The notes: a model not told the origin generated them from the letters alone. Numbered from the stretch's first letter, positions 8,358 to 18,047 are shown. The stretch is 36,062 bases of DNA from Dehalococcoidia bacterium (GCA_030740155.1 JASLXV010000100.1:1-36062); one strand, 5' to 3'. Numbers and translations are program-made.

Positions 8358-9464
8358 ATGCCGATTCGTACTGAGCCGCTGACGGTGAACATTGGGCCGC
8401 AGCACCCCAGCACTCACGGGGTATTCCGGCTTCGGGTCACCTTCGACGGCGAGGAAATCCTGGAGGTGGAGCCCATCTTCGGGTACCTCCACCGCGGGAC
8501 CGAAAAGCTGGCAGAGGAACGCACCTACGTTCAAATAGTCACCCTGACCGACCGGCTCGACTACGTCTCCTCCATGATCAACAACCAAGCGTACTGCCTG
8601 GGCGTGGAAAAGCTGTTGGGAGTGGAGGCGCCACCCCGGGCCAAGTACTTGCGAACCCTCTCCGCCGAGCTTCAGCGTATCGCCAGCCACCTGATGGCAA
8701 TCGGGTTCTTCATGCAAGACCTGGGCACCCTGGGCACGCCCTTGATGTACTGCTTTCGGACCAGGGAGAGGATCCTGGACCTGTTCGAGATGCTGTGCGG
8801 CGCCCGGGTCACGGTGAGCTACTCCCGGCCCGGTGGAGTCTTTTTCGATGCTCCAGCCGAGTTCTGGCCTGCCCTGGACAGCTTCATGAGGGTGTTCCGC
8901 TCCGAGTTCCGCGAGATCGAGCAATTGGTGCTGGAAAACGAGATCGTCATGGTGCGTACCCGGGGCGTGAGTGTGCTGCCCCTGGACCTGGCGATCAACA
9001 ACTCGGTCAGCGGGCCGCCGCTCCGGGCCAGCGGCCTGGCCTGGGACTGGCGCAAGATGGACCCCTACGACGCCTACGACAAAGTGGAGTTCGACGTGCC
9101 CGTGGGGAAAAACGGTGACAACTACGACCGGTTCTGGGTGCGTATGCAGGAAGTGCATCAGAGCGCCCGCATCATCGAGCAGTGTATCGAGCAGATAGAG
9201 CCGGGACCCGTTCGGGAGGTACTGCCCATGGTGCTCCGGCCGGAGTCCGGGGCCGAGGCCTACAGCCGGGTGGAAGCCTCCAAGGGAGAACTGGCCTTCT
9301 ACCTGATCAGTGACGGTGGTGTCAGCCCCTACCGCTGCAAGATCCGGTCACCATCCTTGATTAACTTGACGGTGATCGAACACCTGTTGGTCGGCTGGAA
9401 ACTGGCCGACATGGTCGTGACCCTGGGCAGCATGGACATCAACCTGGGAGAAGTCGACCGTTGA
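8358..9464 (+). CDS. nuoD: NADH-quinone oxidoreductase subunit D
   Basis: NIGPQHPSTHGVFR, GYLHRGTEK, DRLDY and a C-terminal GEVDR. No NiFe CxxC motifs. Confidence 0.97.
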   Translation: MPIRTEPLTVNIGPQHPSTHGVFRLRVTFDGEEILEVEPIFGYLHRGTEKLAEERTYVQIVTLTDRLDYVSSMINNQAYCLGVEKLLGVEAPPRAKYLRTLSAELQRIASHLMAIGFFMQDLGTLGTPLMYCFRTRERILDLFEMLCGARVTVSYSRPGGVFFDAPAEFWPALDSFMRVFRSEFREIEQLVLENEIVMVRTRGVSVLPLDLAINNSVSGPPLRASGLAWDWRKMDPYDAYDKVEFDVPVGKNGDNYDRFWVRMQEVHQSARIIEQCIEQIEPGPVREVLPMVLRPESGAEAYSRVEASKGELAFYLISDGGVSPYRCKIRSPSLINLTVIEHLLVGWKLADMVVTLGSMDINLGEVDR

Positions 9465-10720
9465 GCTGCGTTCTAGCCCCCGACAACATACTGCATGACA
9501 CGGCCCTCTTCCGGGTGGTCTACGAGAGCGCGGGCGAGGTCCTTCCCTGCTCGATGGCCTACGTCGCGGCCGGCCTGACAATCATGATGATCCTGGTGAA
9601 CGCCGTGCTCCTGGGCGCCGCGGTGATCTCATGGCTGGAGCGGCGCCTCATCGGCCGTTTCCAGAACCGGATCGGCCCCAACCGGTGGGGGCCCTTCGGT
9701 CTGCTCCAACCAATCGCCGACCTGATCAAGCTGCTGGCGAAGGAGGACCTGATTCCGGGCAACGCCGACCGGCTCGCCTTCCGTTTGGTCCCCTTCCTCA
9801 TGCTGATGCCGGTCATCCTGATGCTGGCGGTGGTGCCCTTCGCCAAGGATACCGCCCTGGCCGACCTCAACGTCGGCGTCCTGTACGTGCTGGCGGTCAG
9901 CTCGATTAGCGCCTTGGCGGTGCTGATAGCCGGGTGGTCATCCAACAACCGGTACGCCATGTTCGGGGCCGCCCGGGGTGTCGCCGTGCTCATCAGCTAC
10001 GAGGTGCCGGTGGTGCTCTGCCTGCTGGGCGTGGTATTGGTCGCCGGCTCCATGTCCCTGGCCGAGATCGTGGATGCCCAAACGGTCCCGTTCCTGTTGG
10101 TCCAACCTCTGGCCCTGTTCGTCTTCCTGGCGGGTACCTCCGCCGAGCTGAACCGCACACCCTTCGACGTGGCGGAGGCGGAGTCGGAGATCATCGCCGG
10201 GTATCACATCGAGTACAGCGGCGTAAAGTTCGCCTTGATTCAGGCCGCGGAGTTCGGGGCGATGCTGGCGGCTTCCGCGGTAATCGTCACCCTATTCCTC
10301 GGCGGCTGGTCCGGGCCCGCCTCCACCTACATCGGCTGGCTGTGGTTCCTGCTGAAAATGGGCGTCGTCGCGTTTGCCTTTATCTGGATCCGGGCCACTT
10401 TCCCCCGGGTGCGCATCGATCAACTGATGGCCCTGGCCTGGAAGTTCCTGCTGCCCCTGAGCCTGATCAACCTGTTCGCCACCGCTCTGGAGGTGTATTG
10501 GCTCCGGAATGGCGCGGGAGAGCTGAGCACCAATGACCTGTGGATAATGGCCGGAATCAACCTCGCCCTGGCGGGGGCGTCCATTCTCCTGTTCGGCGCC
10601 CTGAACCGGGAAAAGGTCAAAGTGGTGAAGTGGCGACCGTCAAGCACGGAGACTGCTGGGGTCCCGGCGGAAGCGCGGCCTTCGCCGGTTCGGCCTTCGT
10701 CGGTTCAGATGGGAGAGTGA
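9461..10720 (+). CDS. nuoH: NADH-quinone oxidoreductase subunit H
   Basis: LERRLIGRFQNRIGPNRWGPFGLLQPIADLIK, NRTPFDVAEAESEI, RATFPRVRIDQLM. Start codon (TTG) uncertain. Confidence 0.96.
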   Translation: MSCVLAPDNILHDTALFRVVYESAGEVLPCSMAYVAAGLTIMMILVNAVLLGAAVISWLERRLIGRFQNRIGPNRWGPFGLLQPIADLIKLLAKEDLIPGNADRLAFRLVPFLMLMPVILMLAVVPFAKDTALADLNVGVLYVLAVSSISALAVLIAGWSSNNRYAMFGAARGVAVLISYEVPVVLCLLGVVLVAGSMSLAEIVDAQTVPFLLVQPLALFVFLAGTSAELNRTPFDVAEAESEIIAGYHIEYSGVKFALIQAAEFGAMLAASAVIVTLFLGGWSGPASTYIGWLWFLLKMGVVAFAFIWIRATFPRVRIDQLMALAWKFLLPLSLINLFATALEVYWLRNGAGELSTNDLWIMAGINLALAGASILLFGALNREKVKVVKWRPSSTETAGVPAEARPSPVRPSSVQMGE

Positions 10721-10726
10721 TGTAGC

Positions 10727-11362
10727 ATGTATGGTCTGGCAATGGCCAAGGGCTTGATGGTCACCCTGAAAAACCTGACCAAGAAGCCTTTCACCGTCCA
10801 ATATCCCGAAGAGCGGCTGAAGCAGCACCCGCGGTTTCGGGGAGAGGAGTTCGTGTGGTACGAAGAGCGGTGCACGGGCTGCGCTTCCTGCGCCAAGTAT
10901 TGCCCGCTGGGCATCATCAAGATCGTGACCAGCCCCAGCCAGACCGCTCCGATGAAGGGAGACAAGTACCGGCTGGAGGTCTTCGACATCCAGCTTTCCC
11001 GTTGCATGTTCTGCGGACTGTGCGTCGAGGCGTGCCCCTATGACGCCCTGTTCATGGGCAGCGGCTTTGAGCAAGGCCAGTACTCCCGGAAGGGGATGAT
11101 CATCGATATCAATCAGCTTCGCCAGGCCGAGAAGCACCCCAGCACCTATTTTCGGCCTCAGTTGGAAAGCGCGGGCTATGACCCCAGGGGGGGACGCCCT
11201 CTGGACTGGAAAGACGTGGGACGCGAGCCATGGCGCTGGCACCAGCGAGAGAAGGCCGGCATGCGCCAGGCCGTGGCTTCGTCACTTGAGGGGATCGACC
11301 CCTCATTGCCCCCCCTTCACAAGGGGGAGGATGGCCCACCTTCTACCGAGGGTAACGAGTAG
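10727..11362 (+). CDS. nuoI: NADH-quinone oxidoreductase subunit I (2x[4Fe-4S])
   Basis: TVQYPEE, CTGCASCAKYCP and CMFCGLCVEACP; extended C-terminus. Confidence 0.96.
   Translation: MYGLAMAKGLMVTLKNLTKKPFTVQYPEERLKQHPRFRGEEFVWYEERCTGCASCAKYCPLGIIKIVTSPSQTAPMKGDKYRLEVFDIQLSRCMFCGLCVEACPYDALFMGSGFEQGQYSRKGMIIDINQLRQAEKHPSTYFRPQLESAGYDPRGGRPLDWKDVGREPWRWHQREKAGMRQAVASSLEGIDPSLPPLHKGEDGPPSTEGNE
11287..11330. repeat. REP-like double hairpin inside the nuoI 3' end
   Basis: tgagggg-atcga-cccctca followed by ccccctt-cac-aaggggg; same family as 5501-5563. Confidence 0.6.
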
Positions 11363-11941
11363 ATGACAATCCAGGACATTGCGTTTTGGTTCTTGTCAGT
11401 CGTGGCGATTGGCGCCGCCCTGGGGGTGGTCTTGGTGAAAGACCTCTTCCGCGCGGCGCTTCTGCTGGTGCTGGTGTTCATGGCGGTCGCGGGGTTTTTC
11501 GTCCTGCTGAGCGCGGAATTCCTCGCGGTGGTCCAGGTGCTGATCTACGCCGGGGCCATCTCCATACTCGTCATTTTCGCGATCATGCTCACCCGCGACG
11601 TGCAGCGGGGCAACCTGCCGAACCGGTTGCAAATCCCGGCTGTGCTGTTCTCGGCCCTCCTGCTGTCCGCCCTGGTGATGGTGGCCACGGACACCGGCTG
11701 GAACCTGATTTCGGAGGAAGACCAGACGCGAGTCGAGCTGATACAGACCGGCGCCGTCGCCACCGTGACCGAGGAGAACCTGGACGAATCGGGATTTACC
11801 ACTCAACCAGAGCGGGAGGCGGCCAAGAACGCGGGCCTGGCCGACCTGCTGATCGGGGATTTTGTGTTACCCTTCGAGGCGGTGTCCGTACTGCTCCTGG
11901 CCTCTGTCATCGGCGCCCTGGTGCTGGTGAGGCCGAGGTAA
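11363..11941 (+). CDS. nuoJ: NADH-quinone oxidoreductase subunit J
   Basis: AEFLAVVQVLIYAGAISILVIFAIML, LPFEAVSVLLL. Confidence 0.95.
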   Translation: MTIQDIAFWFLSVVAIGAALGVVLVKDLFRAALLLVLVFMAVAGFFVLLSAEFLAVVQVLIYAGAISILVIFAIMLTRDVQRGNLPNRLQIPAVLFSALLLSALVMVATDTGWNLISEEDQTRVELIQTGAVATVTEENLDESGFTTQPEREAAKNAGLADLLIGDFVLPFEAVSVLLLASVIGALVLVRPR

Positions 11942-11947
11942 CTGAAC

Positions 11948-12289
11948 GTGTCCCTTGAATCCTTGCTCATAGTCGCGGCGGTCCTGTTCGTCATAGGAAT
12001 GTACGGGACGCTGGCTCGGCGGAACGCCCTGGCCGTCTTGATGTCCCTCGAACTGATGTTCAACGCCGTAAACCTGACTTTGGTCGCATTCGGGAAGTAC
12101 GTGGCCCCGGTGGGGCTCACGGATAACCTGGCGGAAAACCTCGGCGGGGTGCTGACGGGGCAGGTGTTTGCCGTTTTCATAATCACGGTGGCCGCCGCGG
12201 AGATCGCTCTGGGCCTGGGCATCGTGTTCGCCATGTACCGGACCAACGGGTCGGTGGACCTGACCCAAGCTTCGGAGATGCGGAATTAG
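11948..12289 (+). CDS. nuoK: NADH-quinone oxidoreductase subunit K
   Basis: RRNALAVLMSLELMFNAVNL, GQVFAVFIITVAAAEIALGL; GTG start. Confidence 0.96.
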   Translation: MSLESLLIVAAVLFVIGMYGTLARRNALAVLMSLELMFNAVNLTLVAFGKYVAPVGLTDNLAENLGGVLTGQVFAVFIITVAAAEIALGLGIVFAMYRTNGSVDLTQASEMRN

Positions 12290-12293
12290 GATA

Positions 12294-12390
12294 GCGGTCG
12301 GCACACAGCGGTTAACATTCAGCCCCACGGCTGATAACGGCAGCCGAGTGCTGATAGCTGAGAGCCGAAAGCTGAGAGCTGGTATCTGAC
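12294..12390. repeat. Inverted heptamer arrays between nuoK and the small ORF
   Basis: gcggtcg gcacaca gcggtta acattca gc ... gccgagt gctgata gctgaga gccgaaa gctgaga gctggta tctgac. Confidence 0.75.
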
Positions 12391-12585
12391 ATGTGGGTCG
12401 AATTCAAACGGGCGCCCAACCTGATGATGGCGGAGATGTGGAAGGAAGCCCTGGAAGGGGAAGGCCTGCCGTCTCGCATTCTGCCCGACGGGGACATCCG
12501 GAACTGGGGAGAGCGGGTGCCATTTAGGGTGTACATCCCACGTGGGAAGGAACACGTGGCCGAAGAGATAATGAGGAAACTGTAG
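12391..12585 (+). CDS. Small hypothetical protein, DUF2007-like (putative signal-transducing, PII-like fold)
   Basis: MWVEFKRAPNLMMAEMWKEALEGEGLPSRI...FRVYIPRGKEHVAEEIMRKL fits the A-x6-L-x2-EGI/L...V-V..A..I pattern of DUF2007. Its stop abuts the nuoL ATG (TAGATG). Confidence 0.75.
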   Translation: MWVEFKRAPNLMMAEMWKEALEGEGLPSRILPDGDIRNWGERVPFRVYIPRGKEHVAEEIMRKL

Positions 12586-14685
12586 ATGACCGGCGAAGCC
12601 CAGATTTGGGCGATCCTGTTCCTGCCTTTGGGGTCTTTCGCGTTCATCGGGCTGATCATCAGGCCGTTTTTGAATCGCTTTTCCCTGCTCAGCGGGTTGG
12701 TGCTGATTGCCGCCCTCGGGGTGGCGCTGTACCTGTCCATCATGACCCTGCGGGCGGTGATCTTGGGCGACGATCTGACCTTCGAAGCCCGCGAATGGCT
12801 GGTCGTCGGGAGCGCCACCATCGAGATGGGCCTGCTGGTGGACCAGTTGACCGCCATCATGCTGGTCGTGGTCACCGGCGTCAGCCTGGTGGTACAGATA
12901 TACTCCCTGGGATACATACACCGGGACCCCGGTTTCTCCAGATACTTCGCCTTCATGGCCCTGTTCACCGCCGCCATGCTGGGTGTGGTGCTGGCCACCA
13001 ACATCGTCCAGCTCTACGTTTTCTGGGAGCTGGTGGGCGTCTCGTCATTCTTGCTGATAGGTTTCTGGCACCAGCGCCCAGCTGCCGCGGCCGCGGCCAA
13101 GAAGGCTTTCATCATCACCCGGATCGGCGACGTGGGCCTTCTGATCGCCATTCTCTACCTCTTTCTGCGGGCGGACGACTTTGCAGCGGCCGGGCTCAAC
13201 GCCTTCCACATCCCGGACATCTGGCAGGCGGCCCAGCCGGTCGCCCTGGGCGGGATGGGTATCCTGGCAGGCTCGGCCTTGACCTGGCTGACATTGGGTA
13301 TCTTCGCGGGCGCGGCAGGCAAGTCCGGCCAATTCCCCCTGCACGCCTGGTTGCCCGACGCCATGGAGGGCCCGACCCCGGTGAGTGCCCTGATTCACGC
13401 GGCTACCATGGTTGCCGCCGGGGTGTTCCTGGTGGCGCGGTTCTACCCGGTGTTTCAGGCAGCGGAGCACACCCTCTCCGTGGTGGCCCTCGTCGGCGCC
13501 TTCACCGCGCTGATGGCGGCTGCGATGGGTCTGGTAATGAACGACATCAAGCGGGTGATGGCCTACTCCACCATCAGCCAGCTTGGATACATGATGGCCG
13601 CCTTGGGTGTCGGGGCCTACGACGCCGCCGTGTTCCATCTGTTCACCCACGCTTCCTTCAAGGCACTGCTCTTCCTGGGCGCGGGCAGCGTGAACCACGC
13701 CACCGGGACCTTCGACATGCGGTACATGGGCGGCCTATGGCGTCACATGCCCGTGACCTACCTGCTGACCGCCATCGGCGGGATGAGCCTGGTGGGCATC
13801 ATTCCCCTGGCCGGGTTCTGGAGCAAGGACGAGATACTGGCCGGGGCCTGGAATGGGACCGGCCTGGTCGAACCGTGGGTCAGCCAGTTGACCTTCGCCG
13901 TGCTGTTGGCCGCGGTGCTGCTTACCGCTTTTTACACTTTCCGGATGCTCTATATGACCTTCCACGGCCAATTCCGAGGTGGGGCGGAGCAGGAGATGGA
14001 GGACCGGTCGGCAGAGCCGAGGCAAGCCACCTCATTGCCGGTCCCGGCGGGAGCGGCCCATGATTCAGATGATTCGAAGGGCTCTGGCGGCGTCCACCTG
14101 GCTGAGTCGCCGATAGTCATGTGGTTCCCCATGCTGATCCTGGGAGCCGCGGCGGTTTCCTCCGGCTACCTGGCCAACATTCAATGGGGAGATGTTTTCG
14201 GTATCACCGGCCACTGGGTCACCGAGTTCTTGGGGTCCGGTTTGGAGGAGGCGGTACCGGGCATTGCCGAGATACTGGGGCATCACGGGTTTAGCTGGGG
14301 GCTGGCCGGGGTCTCAACCGGGGTTGCGCTGTCGGGGATGGCTTTGGCCGCCGCGTTGTACGTGCGTCGCCGGCAGGGCTCGGGACGGGAGTTCCGGGAG
14401 CCCTTGAAAGCCCTGAAACCGGTCCACACCCTCTTGTCACAGAAGTACTATATCGACGCGTTGTACGAAAACGTGGTGGTTCGCCGGGCATTCTACCGGC
14501 TCTTCGTTGGAGCTGCCGACTGGCTGGACCGGAACGTGATCGATGGCGTGGTGGACACGATCGGCTGGATGTTCCGCAACATCGGGTGGGCCATCGGCCG
14601 CCTCCAGACCGGGCAGGTCCAGACCTACGGGGCGGCCGTCGTTTTCGGGAGTTTACTCATTATGGTCTGGTTCCTGCTGTGGTGA
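12586..14685 (+). CDS. nuoL: NADH-quinone oxidoreductase subunit L
   Basis: FWELVGVSSFLLIGFW, GKSGQFPLHAWLPDAMEGPTPVSALIHAATMV, HLFTHASFKALLFLGAGSV, QTGQVQTY. Confidence 0.97.
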   Translation: MTGEAQIWAILFLPLGSFAFIGLIIRPFLNRFSLLSGLVLIAALGVALYLSIMTLRAVILGDDLTFEAREWLVVGSATIEMGLLVDQLTAIMLVVVTGVSLVVQIYSLGYIHRDPGFSRYFAFMALFTAAMLGVVLATNIVQLYVFWELVGVSSFLLIGFWHQRPAAAAAAKKAFIITRIGDVGLLIAILYLFLRADDFAAAGLNAFHIPDIWQAAQPVALGGMGILAGSALTWLTLGIFAGAAGKSGQFPLHAWLPDAMEGPTPVSALIHAATMVAAGVFLVARFYPVFQAAEHTLSVVALVGAFTALMAAAMGLVMNDIKRVMAYSTISQLGYMMAALGVGAYDAAVFHLFTHASFKALLFLGAGSVNHATGTFDMRYMGGLWRHMPVTYLLTAIGGMSLVGIIPLAGFWSKDEILAGAWNGTGLVEPWVSQLTFAVLLAAVLLTAFYTFRMLYMTFHGQFRGGAEQEMEDRSAEPRQATSLPVPAGAAHDSDDSKGSGGVHLAESPIVMWFPMLILGAAAVSSGYLANIQWGDVFGITGHWVTEFLGSGLEEAVPGIAEILGHHGFSWGLAGVSTGVALSGMALAAALYVRRRQGSGREFREPLKALKPVHTLLSQKYYIDALYENVVVRRAFYRLFVGAADWLDRNVIDGVVDTIGWMFRNIGWAIGRLQTGQVQTYGAAVVFGSLLIMVWFLLW

Positions 14686-14715
14686 ACAGCTTGAATGAGA
14701 AGCGGGGGCGATATA

Positions 14716-14863
14716 GCCACAGAGGCACCGAGCCACAGAGGCTTTCTGACGGTTCATCGACTTCGTTTATGGTTCACGAGAGGCGAAAGATAAGGAAGCA
14801 TCACGGGTGGAGACAACCTAAGCCCGTTGCCCGTCTTTCTCCGTGCCTCTGTGCCTCTGTGGC
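14716..14863. repeat. 148-bp element with 13-bp terminal inverted repeats between nuoL and nuoM
   Basis: gccacagaggcac (14716-14728) and gtgcctctgtggc (14851-14863), each with an adjacent internal partial copy. Confidence 0.75.
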
Positions 14864-14896
14864 GAAACTTAACCGTGAGTACTCAAAGGCAACGAA

Positions 14897-16423
14897 TTGG
14901 TGACAGGCTTTTCCGGGTTACTAACTGCGACGGTATTCCTGCCCGCCGCCGGAGCGCTGGCGATCTTGCTGGTGGTCCGCGGCGACCGCAATGTTCGCGC
15001 TTTCGCGGTGCTGGTGGCGCTGGCGGACCTGGTGCTGTCCCTGGTGGTCTTTGGCCTCTTCGAGCAGGGAGACGGCGCCGACCGGTTCCAGTTGATCGAC
15101 CGGTTTACCTGGATACCGGCCGAGACGCTCCGGGCCAGCTTCTTCCTGGGGGTAGACGGGCTCAACACTCCCCTGGTAGCCCTGACCGGGATATTGGGGT
15201 TCTGCGCGGTCCTGGCCTCTTGGCGAATCAAGCTGCGGGTCCGCGAGTACTTCATCTGGCTATTGGTGCTCCAGACTGCCGTCATGGGGGTCTTCTCCGC
15301 CCTCGACCTGCTGCTGTTCTTCTTCTTCTGGGAGCTGGAGCTGGTCCCGATGTACATGCTCATTTCTATCTGGGGCTCCGGGCGCAAAGAGTACTCGGCC
15401 ATGAAGTTCATGGTCTTCACCCTCCTGGGCAGCGCCTTGATGCTGGTGGCCATCGTGGCGGTGTACGCGACACCGGGCGTCGGCACCTTCGACATGGTCG
15501 AGCTTTCGACCAAGGGCGCCATGCTGGCCTCGGCCGCGGTGCTGATACCGATGTCGGGCCTGTTCTGGCTGTTCTTCGTCGCGTTCGCCATCAAATTGCC
15601 CTCCTGGCCGGTGCACACTTGGCTGCCCGATGCCCATACCGACGCGCCCACCGCCGCCAGCGTGATGCTGGCGGGGGTGCTGCTGAAGATGGGCGGCTAC
15701 GGACTGCTGCGCATCAACCTGGGGATGTTCCCCGGACAGACGGACAAGTTCGCCTGTGCCCTGGTGGCTCTGGGGGTGGTCAGCGTGCTGTACGGGGCGG
15801 TGGTTACCCTCCGCCAGACCGATCTGAAGCGGCTCATCGCCTTCTCCAGCGTCAGCCACATGGGGCTGGTGATGCTGGGGATCGGCTCGATCGGGGTCGC
15901 CAAGGGCGAACTGACCATGGCCGGCCTGAACGGGGCTGCCATGCAGCTATTCACCCACGGCACCATCACCGGGCTGCTCTTCCTGGCGGTCGGCCTGGTC
16001 TACGACAAGACTCACACCCGCTACATTCCCGACCTGGGCGGCTTGGCGGGCCGAATGCCGGTGATCGCCACGGCCATCCTGATCGCCGGCCTGGCCTCCC
16101 TGGGGCTGCCCGGCCTCAGCGGATTCGTATCTGAGTTGCTGGTGTTCACCGGGGCCTTCCAGGCCTTTGCCTGGCCCACGGTGCTCGCAGTCCTGAGCAT
16201 CGTGCTGGCCGCCGGGTACATTCTCTGGATGATGGAGCGTACCTTCTTCGGCGTGCAGCGGGAGCGGTTCGCCGAGGTGACGGACGCGTCATTCGTCGAG
16301 GCCGTCCCCCTGGCCATCCTGGTGATCACCATCGTGGGAATCGGGGTGTACCCCTCGTTCCTGACCGACGTTTTCCAGTCCGGCCTGGAGCCTATTGCGG
16401 CCTTACTGCCGGGAAGCGGGTAG
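14897..16423 (+). CDS. nuoM: NADH-quinone oxidoreductase subunit M
   Basis: FFFFWELELVPMY, AFAIKLPSWPVHTWLPDAHTDAPT, LLKMGGYG, DLKRLIAFSSVSHMG. Start is TTG 14897 or GTG 14900. Confidence 0.96.
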   Translation: MVTGFSGLLTATVFLPAAGALAILLVVRGDRNVRAFAVLVALADLVLSLVVFGLFEQGDGADRFQLIDRFTWIPAETLRASFFLGVDGLNTPLVALTGILGFCAVLASWRIKLRVREYFIWLLVLQTAVMGVFSALDLLLFFFFWELELVPMYMLISIWGSGRKEYSAMKFMVFTLLGSALMLVAIVAVYATPGVGTFDMVELSTKGAMLASAAVLIPMSGLFWLFFVAFAIKLPSWPVHTWLPDAHTDAPTAASVMLAGVLLKMGGYGLLRINLGMFPGQTDKFACALVALGVVSVLYGAVVTLRQTDLKRLIAFSSVSHMGLVMLGIGSIGVAKGELTMAGLNGAAMQLFTHGTITGLLFLAVGLVYDKTHTRYIPDLGGLAGRMPVIATAILIAGLASLGLPGLSGFVSELLVFTGAFQAFAWPTVLAVLSIVLAAGYILWMMERTFFGVQRERFAEVTDASFVEAVPLAILVITIVGIGVYPSFLTDVFQSGLEPIAALLPGSG

Positions 16424-16429
16424 GCGACT

Positions 16430-17965
16430 ATGACCACCCACGACCTATACGTTCTATCGCCGTACCTGGGTGTGGCGGGAGTCGCCATCCTGGTCATCCT
16501 GCTGGACCTGGTGGTCAGGCGGAAGGGCCTGCTGCCGGTGTTCGCCCTGCTGGGGTTGCTGGCGCCGCTGGCCATGAGCCTGATCCAGGCCTTCGACCTG
16601 GAAGACTCCGTCAGCTTGCTGCAGGGCTCCGATCCCCTGTCCTCCGGGCAGGCCAGCATACTGCTGGGAAGCCTGTCCGTGGACCGGTTCGCCCTGTTCT
16701 TCAATTTCCTGATATTGGCCGCGTCTGGCTTGGTAATCCTGGCCTCGACGGACTACGTCCGGAAGATGGAACGGTTCCAGGGTGAGTATTACGGGCTGAT
16801 CCTGTTCTCGGCTACCGGGATGATGCTGCTGGCCGCCGCCACCGAGCTGATTACCATTTACATTTCGCTGGAGTTGGCCACCTTACCACTGGCGGCGCTG
16901 ACCGCCTTCTTGATGACCTCGAAATCCAGCGAGGCCGGAATAAAATTCTTGATAGTCGGCGCGATCAGCTCCGCCATCATGCTCTACGGAATGGCGCTGA
17001 TCTTCGGCTTCACCGGCACCACCCAACTGTCCGAGATATCCGCCAGCGTCGCGGCTACCTCCGGGGGTCTGTCGTCCGCCAATTACGCCCTGTTGGTGGG
17101 AGTGATCCTGATGCTGGTCGGGTTTGGGTTCAAGATTTCCTCAGTCCCCTTCCAGATGTGGGTGCCGGACATCTACGAAGGGGCTCCCACGCCGGTGGTG
17201 GCCTTTCTTTCGGTAGCCAGCAAAGCCGCCGCCTTCGCCCTATTGCTCAGAGTATTCTATTCCGGGTTCTTCGACGTGAGTCTGGACTGGGCCGCCCTGA
17301 TTGCTGTCCTGGCCGCCGCGTCCATGGTAATCGGCAACCTGGTGGCGGTCAGCCAGACCAACATCAAGAGGCTATTCGGTTACAGCGCCGTCGCCCACGC
17401 GGGCTACCTGCTGATTGGAGTGGCGGCGGGCGTGAAGGCTGCCGGCCCGGACTCGAGCTTCCCGGAGTTTCTGCCCGTGGGCCCAGACAGCGTCCTGTTC
17501 TATCTAGTCGCTTACGCGGCGGCCAACCTGACGGCCTTCTTCGCCATCGTGGCCATTGGCAACCGAATCGGCAGCGACCGGATCGAGGACTACGCCGGCG
17601 TGGCCCGCCGGGCCCCATTCCTGGCGATAGCCCTGGCCCTGGCCCTGGTGGCCTTGATCGGCGTGCCCCCCACCAGCATCTTCATCGCCAAGCTGTACAT
17701 CTTCACGGCGGCGATCCAGGCCGACTTGACGTGGCTGGTCGTTCTGGGGGTGGCCAACAGCGTGGTTTCGGCCTACTACTACGTGCGAATCATCCGTGTC
17801 GTGTCCCTGCAACGGGCGCCCACAGACCAAGAAGAGCGCATTTCCACGCCCCCCGCATCTCTGCTGGCCCTGACCATCGCCGGCGGGGCCATGCTCTGGA
17901 TCGGCATCGCGCCGGGCACCATTCTCGAGTATTCGAAGATTGCCGTGGGGCCGTTGATCCCCTGA
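16430..17965 (+). CDS. nuoN: NADH-quinone oxidoreductase subunit N
   Basis: SSEAGIKF, FKISSVPFQMWVPDIYEGAPTPV, QTNIKRLFGYSAVAHAGY, SAYYYVRII. Confidence 0.96.
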   Translation: MTTHDLYVLSPYLGVAGVAILVILLDLVVRRKGLLPVFALLGLLAPLAMSLIQAFDLEDSVSLLQGSDPLSSGQASILLGSLSVDRFALFFNFLILAASGLVILASTDYVRKMERFQGEYYGLILFSATGMMLLAAATELITIYISLELATLPLAALTAFLMTSKSSEAGIKFLIVGAISSAIMLYGMALIFGFTGTTQLSEISASVAATSGGLSSANYALLVGVILMLVGFGFKISSVPFQMWVPDIYEGAPTPVVAFLSVASKAAAFALLLRVFYSGFFDVSLDWAALIAVLAAASMVIGNLVAVSQTNIKRLFGYSAVAHAGYLLIGVAAGVKAAGPDSSFPEFLPVGPDSVLFYLVAYAAANLTAFFAIVAIGNRIGSDRIEDYAGVARRAPFLAIALALALVALIGVPPTSIFIAKLYIFTAAIQADLTWLVVLGVANSVVSAYYYVRIIRVVSLQRAPTDQEERISTPPASLLALTIAGGAMLWIGIAPGTILEYSKIAVGPLIP

Positions 17966-18047
17966 GCAGCTTTCAAGCGACAACCGCCGCCTTTAGAGGT
18001 GGCCTCCGCTTTGGATGGAGGCGGACACCCTGCTCTGCCGGACATGA

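Noticed and set aside
8358..9464. Possibility that the nuo-like cluster is a group 4 [NiFe]-hydrogenase
   Set aside because: The large subunit lacks both CxxC nickel-binding motifs and has the quinone-site His/Tyr motifs of NuoD.
3605..12390. Short repeat arrays considered as CRISPR
   Set aside because: Units are 7 nt, degenerate and lack unique spacers; no cas genes are present in the window.
12606..16134. Long same-strand alternative-frame ORFs (12606..14063, 14827..16134; also 31548..32759 and 2017..2784)
   Set aside because: Arg/Pro/Gly-rich frame-shifted shadows of nuoL, nuoM, thrS and the MBL gene.
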